A DNA stretch of 64,000 nt from Vicinamibacterales bacterium (GCA_048594975.1 JBMDXQ010000090.1:7093-71092), one strand, 5' to 3'; shown: positions 18,286-27,540, counted from the stretch's first letter. Made by a program: numbers and translations. The notes: generated by a model from the letters alone, not told the origin.

Positions 18286-19446
18286 TCAGGACCTTGCGAT
18301 GCCCAGGCGCCCGAACAGGCCGGCCTGGCGCTCGTCTTTCGTGGATCTGCCAGCCTCGAGGCCGGCGAGGTTATGGGCCAGGGTCGCGAACGAGGCGGCC
18401 AGGCGGTTGTGGTTCTCGATCACCACCGGCCGGCCCTGGTTGAGCCCCTCGAGCGCGATCCGGTAGTCGCTGGGGATGACGTGACGGACGGCGCCGCCGG
18501 TGACCCGCTCGACGTCTTCGCGCGCGATCTCGGCGGTGCGGTCGAAGCGATTGATCACCAGCCCGACGCGCTCCTTGCCGTAGCGCTGGCGGAGCGCGAT
18601 CGCCAGCGCGCCGGCGCGGCGCACCGTCGCGAGCTCCTGGTTGGCGACGAGCACGACCGTCGCCGCCAGGTCGAGCGCATCGAGCATCGTGATATCGGTG
18701 CGCGGCACGTCGAGGAGGACGTACTGGTAGTGCCGGGCGGCAAACGCGATCAACTCGCGCACCGGCTCGGGACCCGGCGCCGGCGTGACGCCGCGATCGC
18801 TCGAGGCCAGTACGTGCAGGCCCGAGCCGGTGGTCGCGACGACGCCGCGCAGGTACGCTTCGTCCAGGCGGTGGCTGTTCTCGAGCACGTCCGCGGTGGT
18901 GAAGCGCGGCTCGATCCCGGCAAACAGCGCCGCATCGCCGTGCGCGAGGTGGAGGTCCACCAGCAGCGCGCGGCGCGGCGCCACCCGGGCGAGCGCGGTC
19001 GCAACGTTCACCGCGACGGTGGTCGTGCCGACCCCGCCCTTGGCGCCGACGAAGGCGAACACCTTGCCGTCGGCCGTCTTCGGCGCGTGCACCGCGGTCA
19101 CGCGCTGGATCGCCGCAACCAGCTCGGTCGCGGTCAGCGGCTCCGGGAGCCACTCGGTGACGCCGGCGCGCATCGCCTCGAGCATCAGCGCCGGATCCAG
19201 CGCCGCGGCGACGATCACGACGCCCAGCGCCGGATGGTGCCGCTTCAGGCCGGCCAGCCCGAGCGGGAGCGACGTCCGTTCCCGGAGGTCCACGATGGCG
19301 GCGTCGAAACCGCCCGCGTGGCCCACCGATTCGAGATCGTCGAACGAACGGGAGGAGACCTGCGCGCCGCTCTCGCGCAGCATCTCGTCGAGCCGGCGGT
19401 CCGCCGACCCGACGACGACGACCTTGACCTTCGACTGGGTGTTCAT
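18286..19446 (-). CDS. cpaE: CpaE/TadZ (receiver-like domain plus MinD/ParA-like ATPase)
   Basis: AKGGVGTTTVAVN deviant Walker A; LLVDLHLAHGD; N-terminal receiver-like region. Confidence 0.9.
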   Translation of the reverse strand: MNTQSKVKVVVVGSADRRLDEMLRESGAQVSSRSFDDLESVGHAGGFDAAIVDLRERTSLPLGLAGLKRHHPALGVVIVAAALDPALMLEAMRAGVTEWLPEPLTATELVAAIQRVTAVHAPKTADGKVFAFVGAKGGVGTTTVAVNVATALARVAPRRALLVDLHLAHGDAALFAGIEPRFTTADVLENSHRLDEAYLRGVVATTGSGLHVLASSDRGVTPAPGPEPVRELIAFAARHYQYVLLDVPRTDITMLDALDLAATVVLVANQELATVRRAGALAIALRQRYGKERVGLVINRFDRTAEIAREDVERVTGGAVRHVIPSDYRIALEGLNQGRPVVIENHNRLAASFATLAHNLAGLEAGRSTKDERQAGLFGRLGIARS

Positions 19447-20777
19447 CACCGCCTCAGGAGAATCGTGCGGAGAAACGCCGCGTTGGGATCGATGGACGGC
19501 CCGCCCGCCAGTGTCAGGCCGGGCAGCGTCACGAGGCGGCCGACGACGATGTCCGCGTTCTGCCGCAGGGGATCGCCGGGATCGAACTGGAGGTTCCCGT
19601 CCTGATCCAGCCTCCCCATGCCCTCGATGAAGAACCCGAAGATGTTCACCAGTTTGGCTGAGTCCGTTGAACCCTGCGGGTCCGCTGCCAGGAACAGGTC
19701 GATGTCCATCACCCCGATCGGAACAATCCTCGGACTCGGCGTATGCGAAGAGCCGCCGATGCCGCCCCGGCCACCGTCCAGGGTGGGGACCCAGTGGGCG
19801 CCGGGGTCCCGGCCGTACAGCTCCACGATCCCCGCCCTCGTGTTTCCCTGGTCACACCCGGTCTGGACGCGGACGCAGCCACGCGCGGCCCAGTAGATTT
19901 TCTCCTCCAGCGTGGAAATGGCGCTCCCGCTCGGGCACTGCGTAGCGGGATCGGCGATCGCAACCGGATAGCCGTTGCAGCTCACGATGTTCTCGCCGTA
20001 CGCCTGCCCGCCCTGATTGTTCCCGTCTGTTCGGGGCAGATCGATCTGTCGGTACCAGCCGGAGGTGACGTCCTGCCCGCCGCACGTCTTGATCGTGAAC
20101 TGCTGCCCGTAATCGGCGAGCGTCCACCCCGTTCCCGGTGAATCCGCCGTCGGAGGCACGTAGAGATCGGGCTCTGGACTGCGGTTCCACGGCGAGGGAT
20201 AGCGGTCGAACGTCGACGTGTTCGGCACGAAATCAGGGTCGGTGCCAGGGTAGTCCGGCTCGGGTCCGTCAACTTCGTCCCAGCGATCGACGATGGCCCA
20301 GGGTCTCAGACATTCGGTGGCGGTGCCGATGCGCACCTGGGCGGTGGCGGTGGCGACCACGCCCTGCTGCCTGATGTTCAGGATCTGCGCGAAGAACGTG
20401 GGCAGCGCGGTGTTCCGGTCCTGGTTCCGGAACACGTCCACCTTCACGCAGACATCGCCTTCGGCCGCGCAGGGCGGGATCGCGCCGCTGATCGTGACGT
20501 CGACAGCCCCCGCCTGACCCCAGACCAGGTTGGCGAGCGCGTAGCCGCGCGCGCTCTGCGCCCCCATTCCGGTTTGCGTGAAATCGTTCGGGTCGTCGAA
20601 CGCCAGGCCGACGGCGCCGGCGAGCGCGCCCGCGTCGGCCGCGTTCTGCGCCTGGCCGCGCGCCACCCACCTCACGCCGGCGTCGATTGCCAGTGCCGAC
20701 ACTCCGAGCAGCGCAACCATGGCGACCGCCACGTGCACCAGCACCGCGCCGCGATCGTTACGAACCCCGCTAGCCAT
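19446..20777 (-). CDS. tadG: TadG-like pilus-tip/adhesin protein
   Basis: Prepilin-like RGAVLVH, AQNAADAGALAGA Tad domain; Cys-containing variable C-terminus. Confidence 0.8.
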   Translation of the reverse strand: MASGVRNDRGAVLVHVAVAMVALLGVSALAIDAGVRWVARGQAQNAADAGALAGAVGLAFDDPNDFTQTGMGAQSARGYALANLVWGQAGAVDVTISGAIPPCAAEGDVCVKVDVFRNQDRNTALPTFFAQILNIRQQGVVATATAQVRIGTATECLRPWAIVDRWDEVDGPEPDYPGTDPDFVPNTSTFDRYPSPWNRSPEPDLYVPPTADSPGTGWTLADYGQQFTIKTCGGQDVTSGWYRQIDLPRTDGNNQGGQAYGENIVSCNGYPVAIADPATQCPSGSAISTLEEKIYWAARGCVRVQTGCDQGNTRAGIVELYGRDPGAHWVPTLDGGRGGIGGSSHTPSPRIVPIGVMDIDLFLAADPQGSTDSAKLVNIFGFFIEGMGRLDQDGNLQFDPGDPLRQNADIVVGRLVTLPGLTLAGGPSIDPNAAFLRTILLRR

Positions 20778-20813
20778 CGTCCTGTCCTCTTTCCTTGGTG
20801 GGCGGTCCGTGCC

Positions 20814-22259
20814 CTACTCCGGCCGTTTCGCCTGCGCCGGCACGCCGACCGGCGGCGCGTCCACGGCGCCGCCGCCGCCGTTCATGTGCTCGCCGACGTC
20901 CTTCCCCGGCGGCAGGAACTTGCGCTGCTCCGTGGGCAGCGGCGGCACCTCGTCCGGATCGAGCGGTCGCACCAGGCGTGGCGTGATCAGCACCATGAGC
21001 TCGGTGCGCTCGGCGCGCTCCGCCTTGCTCTTGAACAGCGGGCCGATGATCGGGATGCGGCTGAGAAACGGAATGGCTGCCCGGTCGTTCTGGGCGACGT
21101 TGTCGAGCAGGCCGGCGATGGCGAACGACTGGCCGTCGCGCAGCTCGACGTCGGTCTGCGCCCACCGCGAGGTCAGCGCCGGGACGCGGAAGCCGCTCAG
21201 CGTCAGACCGTTGGCGAAGTCGAGCGCGCTCACCTCCGGGCGGACCTTCAGCCGGATCGTGTCGCCGGCGATGGTCGGCGTGAACGTCAGGCGCACGCCG
21301 AACTCCTTCCAGGAGATCGTCACCGTGCCGGTCGCCCCCTGAACGACCGGGACCGGGAACTCGCCACCGGCGAGGAAGCTCGCCTCCTGGCCGTTGTAGG
21401 CGATCAGGTTCGGCTCGGCGAGGCTCTGGAAGGCGCCGCTCTGATCGAGCACCCGGAGCACGACGCCGATGTCGTACTTCGCGCTGAGGACGAAGACGTT
21501 GAGGAAGTCGCTGAAGTTGAGCTTGCCCTTCACCGCCGTCAGGTCGCCCCCTGTCTTGGTGGTCTCCAGGTCCTCGAACACGGGCGCGGAGAACTGACCG
21601 GTCGTCGTACGCCCCCACGTGTCGTTGATCCCGATGCCGGACGTGAAGAACGAGATGCCGCGCTCGGCGAGCGTCCGGCGGTTGACCTCGGCAAACCGCA
21701 CCTGCAGCATCACCTGCTGGCTCGCCGCTCCGCCGGGGAGCTGCAGCATGTTGACGACCTTCAGCTTGCTCGAGCTGGCGTGGGCAATCTCACCGGCGCG
21801 GAGCATCACCTGGTTGTTCGACACGTCACCGGAGAGAATGATGGCCTCGTCGCTGACGTTGACGTGGATGTCTTCCGCAGGGAAGAGCGCCCGGAGCTGC
21901 TGCTCGAGGTTGGTGACCGCCGGTTCGACCACCAGATCGAACTGTTCGCGGCGCCCTGCGCCCCACACGATCAGGCTCACCGTCCCGGGCGCTTTGCCGT
22001 CGATGAGGACTTCGCGGGGCTGCACGACGACGACGTCGGCCACCGCCGGGTTGGTGACGGCGACGCGCGTGATGTTGAAATCGGTCGGCATGACGGTCGA
22101 TCGGCCGGCCGTCAGGTTGATCTTTTTCGTCTCCGCCGGCTGTGCGCTGACCGCCGCTGCCGGCACCGCCGGGGCGGCCGGCGGCTGCTGGGCGGAGGCG
22201 GACGCCGCGGCGACCGCACCGAGCGCGAGCACGAACACCAACGTGGTCTGGGGTCTCAC
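20814..22259 (-). CDS. cpaC: Tad secretin CpaC/RcpA
   Basis: QVMLQVRFAEVNR, LAEPNL...GQEASFLAGGEFPVP, VELRDGQSFAIAGL, PFLSRIPIIGPLFKS. Confidence 0.95.
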   Translation of the reverse strand: MRPQTTLVFVLALGAVAAASASAQQPPAAPAVPAAAVSAQPAETKKINLTAGRSTVMPTDFNITRVAVTNPAVADVVVVQPREVLIDGKAPGTVSLIVWGAGRREQFDLVVEPAVTNLEQQLRALFPAEDIHVNVSDEAIILSGDVSNNQVMLRAGEIAHASSSKLKVVNMLQLPGGAASQQVMLQVRFAEVNRRTLAERGISFFTSGIGINDTWGRTTTGQFSAPVFEDLETTKTGGDLTAVKGKLNFSDFLNVFVLSAKYDIGVVLRVLDQSGAFQSLAEPNLIAYNGQEASFLAGGEFPVPVVQGATGTVTISWKEFGVRLTFTPTIAGDTIRLKVRPEVSALDFANGLTLSGFRVPALTSRWAQTDVELRDGQSFAIAGLLDNVAQNDRAAIPFLSRIPIIGPLFKSKAERAERTELMVLITPRLVRPLDPDEVPPLPTEQRKFLPPGKDVGEHMNGGGGAVDAPPVGVPAQAKRPE

Positions 22260-23128
22260 TTTTTCACCACCTCTTCGCCGCGCTTCGCTGCGCGGATGGT
22301 CTCCACCGTGTAGGCCGGGTCGGGCGGGGGCGCGACGACGACGGCAGGCTTCGGCGCCGGGACCGCCTTGCGGGCACCGGGGCCCGGCTTCACCACCGGC
22401 TGCGGCCCGGGCGGGCCGGTCAGACTCGCCATGCGAATGCCCTGTGTCTGGGTGGGCACGTTGTCGAGCGGGTTGCGAAGGGTCAGCATGATCTTCCCCT
22501 CCGTCGAGGCCAGCGTGACGCGCTCGGCGTCGGGCGGCGTCGCCAGCAGCGTCACGACGGTAGTGGGAATCGGCTTGCCGTCGGCCTTCGCCTTCTCCTG
22601 GTCGAAGCGCGTGCCGGCGGTCAGCACCTCGACGTTGCTGACCACCGCGCGGGTGATGCTGGTCTTGCCGTCACGGTCGTCGACGGTCACCAGCACGTCG
22701 ACGCGCGACCCCGGGATCACGAATCCCGCCACGCCGATGACCTCGTTGACCTTCACCGACACGGCGCGCATCCCGGTCGGGATCGTCGTCGAGAGCCCGG
22801 CGCCGGCGCCGAGCGGCGCGAGCTTGCTGTCGGTGATCGGCTCGTTCTCGCCCACCGGTGCGATCACGCCGCGGTTGACCACCTGGTCGATGGACGCGAA
22901 CGCGCCGGTGACCGGGCTGCTCTTCGGCCAGGGCACGAGCTTCGCCGCGTCGGCGGTGATGAGCGTGCCGACCGGCAAGTGGTTCTTCGCCACGACCACC
23001 TGCACCGACGCCACCTCGACTTCCCGCACGGGGATGCGCTGGACGGCGCGGTAGACACCGTAGCTGGCGACGGTCGCCGCCACCAGCGCGATAGCAAGGA
23101 CGAGAATCGTTCGGTTCCGTCGATTCAT
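22256..23128 (-). CDS. cpaB: Flp pilus assembly protein CpaB/RcpC (SAF domain)
   Basis: GMRAVSVKVNEVIGVAGFVIPGSRVDVLVT, VVTLLATP. Confidence 0.94.
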   Translation of the reverse strand: MNRRNRTILVLAIALVAATVASYGVYRAVQRIPVREVEVASVQVVVAKNHLPVGTLITADAAKLVPWPKSSPVTGAFASIDQVVNRGVIAPVGENEPITDSKLAPLGAGAGLSTTIPTGMRAVSVKVNEVIGVAGFVIPGSRVDVLVTVDDRDGKTSITRAVVSNVEVLTAGTRFDQEKAKADGKPIPTTVVTLLATPPDAERVTLASTEGKIMLTLRNPLDNVPTQTQGIRMASLTGPPGPQPVVKPGPGARKAVPAPKPAVVVAPPPDPAYTVETIRAAKRGEEVVKK

Positions 23129-23150
23129 TGATCTTCCCCTTCAGGACCGG

Positions 23151-23594
23151 CTACGGGCCGACCGCGGCAATCTCCGTTCGCATCACGGCGAACGACTGGA
23201 GCGTGATTTCGTCGGTGAACGAGCCGTTCATCAGCGCCGCGATCGGGCCGAGGAACTGGCAGTCGTGGGTGTAGGTCACGGTGACGCGCGCGCCGTTTGC
23301 CGACAGCGCCCCGAGCGCCACCGGCTCGGGCACCACCGCGATGGTGCGGGCACCGGGGAGCGCGGCGTCGGCCAGGTAGCTCTCGACGCGCGCCCGCACG
23401 AGCGCGTAATCGTTCTCCTCGTTCCCGGGCAGCGCCGCCAGCCGCGCCCCCTCGCGCGCCGCGTTGGTCGTGATCTCGAAGACCCGCAGCATGAGGCCGA
23501 ACTCCGCGATGCCCGACAGGATCAGCAGGAGCATCGGCATCACGATGGCGAGCTCGACGAGGGCAGCGCCGTTCTGCGAAGGCAGTCGCTTCAT
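23151..23594 (-). CDS. tadE: TadE/TadF family pseudopilin
   Basis: G|AALVELAIVMP with Glu+5; NAAREGAR. Confidence 0.9.
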   Translation of the reverse strand: MKRLPSQNGAALVELAIVMPMLLLILSGIAEFGLMLRVFEITTNAAREGARLAALPGNEENDYALVRARVESYLADAALPGARTIAVVPEPVALGALSANGARVTVTYTHDCQFLGPIAALMNGSFTDEITLQSFAVMRTEIAAVGP

Positions 23595-23600
23595 GAGACC

Positions 23601-24068
23601 TCAGGGACAGGGTATGAACGTCTGGATTTCCGAGCGCATCAGCGACGACGTGGCGTAGGTCAGCGAAGTACGCATCGTCCCGTTAAGCAGCCCGACTACC
23701 GGCCCCACGACGGTGAAGTTGTGCGTGTAGGTCACCGTCACCCGCACGCCGCTTCCCGGCGTGCCGCAGGCGGTCAGCGGCACCTGCGTCACGGTCGTCG
23801 TGAACGGGCCCCTGGCGCCGCCCGACTGGAGATAGGTCGCGACGCGGGCCCGAGCGACGGCGTAGTCATTCGCTTCGTAACCGGGGAGGACCGCCAGCCT
23901 CGCCCCTTCCCGAGCCGCGTTGGTCGTCACTTCGTAGCTCTGGAACAGGAACGCGAAGTCCACGATGCCGGCGATGAGCAGCAGCAGCACCGGGAACACG
24001 ATCGCGAACTCCACGAGCTCGGCACCTCTCTCCGATCGACGACTCCGGGCCGGGGCTATCGAAGCCAT
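23601..24068 (-). CDS. tadE: TadE/TadF family pseudopilin (paralog)
   Basis: RG|AELVEFAIVFP, NAAREGARLA; similar to 23151-23594. Confidence 0.9.
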   Translation of the reverse strand: MASIAPARSRRSERGAELVEFAIVFPVLLLLIAGIVDFAFLFQSYEVTTNAAREGARLAVLPGYEANDYAVARARVATYLQSGGARGPFTTTVTQVPLTACGTPGSGVRVTVTYTHNFTVVGPVVGLLNGTMRTSLTYATSSLMRSEIQTFIPCP

Positions 24069-24571
24069 AACGTTGTCAGCGCGCCGGCCGCGATCGGCAC
24101 GGCATACGCCAGGCGCGGTCCCCGCGCCGTTTGCAGCGTCAGACCCGGCACCGGGCGCAGGCCACAGACCCGCCAGGTCGTCAGCAGCAGCCAGATGTTT
24201 CCCGCCGTCTCCCGGACGGCACGGCGGGCCAGCACCGAGGCGATGGCCATCACTCCGCCGGCAAGCCCGGTGAAGACGGCGAGGTACAGGGCGTTCACTC
24301 CGCCCAGCCACGCGCCCAGCGCCCCCAGCAGCTTCACGTCCCCCGCCCCGAGGCCGCCCAGGGCGAACACGGGGAAGAACAGCACGACGGCGGTCAGCCA
24401 GCCGGCCGCGCTCGAGCCGAGACCGCCCAGCCCGTTCTGCGTCAGCGAGAAGGCCAGCGCCGCGGCCGTCGCGCCGAACGTCAGGAGGTTCGGCAGGCGG
24501 CGCGTCCGGATGTCCCAGGCGCAGGCCACGACAGCCACGCCGAGTACAGCAACCGAACGAGCATCGAACAT
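24056..24571 (-). CDS. cpaA: Prepilin peptidase CpaA/TadV (A24 family)
   Basis: WDIRTRRLPN, LGAGDVKLLGALGAWLG, LAYAVPIAAG. Confidence 0.92.
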   Translation of the reverse strand: MFDARSVAVLGVAVVACAWDIRTRRLPNLLTFGATAAALAFSLTQNGLGGLGSSAAGWLTAVVLFFPVFALGGLGAGDVKLLGALGAWLGGVNALYLAVFTGLAGGVMAIASVLARRAVRETAGNIWLLLTTWRVCGLRPVPGLTLQTARGPRLAYAVPIAAGALTTLWLR

Positions 24572-24584
24572 CACCGCGCGTCTC

Positions 24585-24803
24585 CTATGAACACGTGCAC
24601 CCGGATCCATCGGGCTCCGGCGTGCAGCATGAAATCTCGTGCTGGTCCCTGTCGTCCCAGCCGGTGTATCCGGCAGCGATCGCGTCCTGGAACGCCAGCC
24701 AGGCAACGAGCGCGACCAGGCCGACGAAGGCGACGAGCATCGCGTATTCGACGATGTCCTGCCCCTCGTCTTCGTCCCACAGGCGCCTCAGGATTCCTGG
24801 CAT
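24585..24803 (-). CDS. flp: Flp family pilin 2 (minor pilin candidate, Cys-rich tail)
   Basis: G|QDIVEY Flp motif; SD GAGGA before ATG 24803; ends CCTPEPDGSGCTCS. Confidence 0.82.
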   Translation of the reverse strand: MPGILRRLWDEDEGQDIVEYAMLVAFVGLVALVAWLAFQDAIAAGYTGWDDRDQHEISCCTPEPDGSGCTCS

Positions 24804-24863
24804 GTGTCCTCTCGAGAAAGGAGGAGCGCCGCCCAAGCGGCGCCCCTCCCGGAAGGCCAGCGA

Positions 24864-25049
24864 CTAGCTGCCGGCCGGCGCCCAGGTGGCGACCTCGGCC
24901 TCGAGCGAGTTGTAGTAGTCGAGCAGCTCGCCGCCGAACGCGACCACGCCCGCCATCACGATGAAGGCGATGAACGCCACGAGCAGCCCGTACTCGGTGA
25001 GGTCCTGGCCTTCTTCCCCACGAACGAAACGCTTGAACAGGTCCTTCAT
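24864..25049 (-). CDS. flp: Flp family pilin 1 (major pilin candidate)
   Basis: G|QDLTEYGLLVAFIA Flp motif; first gene of tad cluster; SD GAGGGAG. Confidence 0.92.
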   Translation of the reverse strand: MKDLFKRFVRGEEGQDLTEYGLLVAFIAFIVMAGVVAFGGELLDYYNSLEAEVATWAPAGS

Positions 25050-25209
25050 ACGACTCCCTCACACAGGTTGTGCGGCTCGCGGGACGTTCCGCAGCCACCG
25101 GCAGGCTGCCGGGTCCGGCGTGTTCGTGTGGGCCCGTCGGCCCGTCCGCCAGATATGGCGATGAACACTGGATCCCGGCACCACCCGCTTGCACAGATCA
25201 CGCGTCGGC

Positions 25210-25223
25210 GCGACGGCTGTGCC
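25210..25223 (-). promoter_or_regulatory. Possible sigma-54 -24/-12 element upstream of flp1
   Basis: GGCAC..TCGC with GG-N10-GC spacing on minus strand; -12 deviates from TTGC and region is GC-rich. Confidence 0.2.
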
Positions 25224-25272
25224 CCCGCCGCGCCGCATCCGTCATCCTCCTGATGGCGGAATCTCTATCAGT

Positions 25273-25365
25273 CCGGGGGGCTTCGCCCCGCCGGACTCCC
25301 CTCGCCGTCGCTCGCGGGGCCCCTTGCCCCCCTCCGCTCCGGCGCGGCGCGCCCGTGGCGCGCCT
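25273..25365. repeat. REP-like GC-rich palindromic element
   Basis: GGGGC-TTC-GCCCC hairpin followed by further GC-rich palindromic segments; intergenic. Confidence 0.5.
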
Positions 25366-25717
25366 AAACAGGCCGGTCCGTTCCGAACCGTACCGAATGC
25401 AGCGCCGACGGCTGCAGGCTGGCGACCAGGCGGCGCACCGACCGCTCGTCGGGCCGGCTGGTCCACAGGAACTGGGCGCCGACCCCGAACCAGCCGTTTC
25501 CGTTGGCCGGGTGGTGACACCGAATCACCCGCACGTCGTCCACGTACTCGGCGCCGTCGTAGGTCACGCGCAACGATCCGGTGGTCCCGGCGACGAGCTG
25601 CACTTCGCTCTGCAGCAGGCATCCCGAACTGCTCACGTCGACCACGCGGACCGAAACATCGCGCCCGAGAACTGCCAGGACATCGTCTGCGCGAAGAATC
25701 GCGTCCAGGGCTTCCAC
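25364..25717 (-). CDS. PilZ-like domain protein carrying only the DxSxxG motif
   Basis: VRVVDVSSSGCLLQSE..GTTGSLRV..VRVIRC..GVGAQF; GGAG SD before GTG 25717. Confidence 0.78.
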   Translation of the reverse strand: MEALDAILRADDVLAVLGRDVSVRVVDVSSSGCLLQSEVQLVAGTTGSLRVTYDGAEYVDDVRVIRCHHPANGNGWFGVGAQFLWTSRPDERSVRRLVASLQPSALHSVRFGTDRPV

Positions 25718-25718
25718 G

Positions 25719-26045
25719 TCAGATCTCCACCGCGTCGAGACCACTGGCGTTCGCCCGCCCCGCGGGCTGTGGTGTCGCACCGACCACCGCGAGGCGGAGG
25801 CGGTGCCGCACGGTGCCGTCGAAGACGACCGGCATGCTCTCGACGACCCGGACCTTCAACCCGAGGCTCGCGCCCCCGCCGACCACGTCGAGCGACATCT
25901 CCTCGTCAATCAGCCCGGCGATCGTGCTGACCGCCATGAGCTCCAGCGGGCCCGTGCGCTGGACCACCACATCGCGCAGCACCCGCACTGCGCCGTCCCA
26001 GGGTGCCGTCACCGCGAACCTGGGATGAGATCGCCGACCACTCAT
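25719..26045 (-). CDS. PilZ-like protein carrying only the RxxxR motif
   Basis: MSGRRSHPRF N-terminus; beta-rich body; GAGG SD before ATG 26045. Confidence 0.7.
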   Translation of the reverse strand: MSGRRSHPRFAVTAPWDGAVRVLRDVVVQRTGPLELMAVSTIAGLIDEEMSLDVVGGGASLGLKVRVVESMPVVFDGTVRHRLRLAVVGATPQPAGRANASGLDAVEI

Positions 26046-26327
26046 GTGCACCTCGACGGGAAAGCAGCGTCGCAGCCTGCTGCCGCGACGTTGGTCGCCG
26101 CGGCGTGCGCGCTTCCCTGAGGCAACGGCGATGCCGCCGCCGCGCGTCCGCGCGCCGTGCGGGAAAGCGTCAGCGATTGCAGCGAGTTAAGCGGCGAGAG
26201 ACGTACGGATGCGGAAACGAACCCGTGCGGGAAGTGTGGCCGGGGGCAAACATTGTGGGAGGCCGCGGAGTAACTGCGTGAGATCGGGAGTGGAGGCCAC
26301 AGAGCGATTGCTCAACGCAGGGACAGA

Positions 26328-26596
26328 GAGTACTAACTCACAGGCCACGGAGATCAAGTAACTCCGGCACCCGCCGCCAAGCGGGCGCAGCTCTCGGACT
26401 GAACTGCGCCGGATGATGACGCGACTTCTACTTTTCCACCAGACTCAAGACACTACCGCCACGGAGAATACTGACTCAGACGCCCACAGATGCCATGGAG
26501 AATGCTGACTCAGAGGCCACCGAGGCCACGGAGAACGCTTACCTCATTGCTCCGTGACCTCCGTGGCCTCTGAGTGAGACCCCCTCCGTGGCCTCC
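26328..26596. repeat. GCCACGGAG/ACTCAGA repeat cluster with 26-bp inverted arms
   Basis: GCCAYGGAG at 26458, 26492, 26525 (33-34 nt period); 26508-26533 pairs imperfectly with 26550-26575. Confidence 0.7.
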
Positions 26597-26610
26597 TGAT
26601 CCTCCGGGTG

Positions 26611-27540
26611 CTACGCCTCCCCGAGCCCGCTCAGATCGAACAAGACGGTCGCCAGCGCCGAATAATCCAGGTCGCCCTTGCCGCGTGCGACCATCGCGTA
26701 GACCAGCTGCTGCACGACCGACGAGACCGGGGCCGCCGTGCCGCTCGCGGCGAGCGTCGCGCCGACGATGCGCATGTCCTTGGCGTAGAGCTGCGCGCGG
26801 AACCCGGGCGCGTAATTGCCGTTGAGGATGCGGTCGCCGTGCACCTCCAGGACGCGGCTGGCGGCAAACCCGCCGAGCAGCGCCTCGCGCATCAGCGCCG
26901 GATCGACGCCCGCCTTCCGGGCGAGCGCGAAGGCCTCGCTCACACCGGCCAGCGTGGCGCCGATGACCATCTGGTTGCACGCCTTGCACACCTGGCCGGC
27001 GCCCGATTCGCCAGTGTGGACAACGCAGTCGCGGTTGCCCATCGCATCGAGGATCGGCCTCACCGTTGCGAAGGCCTCGGCATCGCCGCCGACCATGATC
27101 GACAGCGACGCGTTGATCGCGCCGATCTCGCCGCCGCTGACCGGCGCGTCGAGCATCTCCGCGCCGAGCGCCTTCGCGCCCGCCGCGAGCCTCCGCGCCA
27201 CCGACGGCGCTATCGTACTCATGTCGATGAGAACGTAGGGCATCTGCCCCGGAGGGCTGCCGGAACCTTCCGACGCCTCCGGCAGGACGCCGAAGATCCC
27301 GTCGGGCCCCTCCATCACCCGCTCGACATCCGGCGAGTCCGGCAACATCGTGACGATGCGGGTCGCCCGGCGCGCGACGTCGGCCGGCGACGCCGCGGCT
27401 TCCGCCCCCGCGGCGACGAGGTCGTCGACAGAGGCTCGCGTTCGGCTGTGCGCGACGACGCGGTAGCCCTTTTTGAGGAGGTTCTTTGCCATGGGCCGGC
27501 CCATGACGCCCAGCCCGATGAAGCCGACGGTTTCCTGCAT
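26611..27540 (-). CDS. 2-hydroxy-3-oxopropionate reductase / beta-hydroxyacid dehydrogenase
   Basis: GFIGLGVMGRPMA, DAPVSGGEIGA, GAGQVCKACNQ, GFRAQLYAKD. Confidence 0.88.
   Translation of the reverse strand: MQETVGFIGLGVMGRPMAKNLLKKGYRVVAHSRTRASVDDLVAAGAEAAASPADVARRATRIVTMLPDSPDVERVMEGPDGIFGVLPEASEGSGSPPGQMPYVLIDMSTIAPSVARRLAAGAKALGAEMLDAPVSGGEIGAINASLSIMVGGDAEAFATVRPILDAMGNRDCVVHTGESGAGQVCKACNQMVIGATLAGVSEAFALARKAGVDPALMREALLGGFAASRVLEVHGDRILNGNYAPGFRAQLYAKDMRIVGATLAASGTAAPVSSVVQQLVYAMVARGKGDLDYSALATVLFDLSGLGEA

Noticed and set aside
26245-26290. GGCAAAC suggesting a c-di-GMP-I riboswitch near the pilus locus
   Set aside because: No GAAA-capped P2 or GGGACGCAAAGC context, and it is on the strand opposite to the tad genes
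26440-26600. Possible CRISPR array (33-34-nt periodicity)
   Set aside because: Units are contiguous without unique spacers, too few and degenerate; no cas genes
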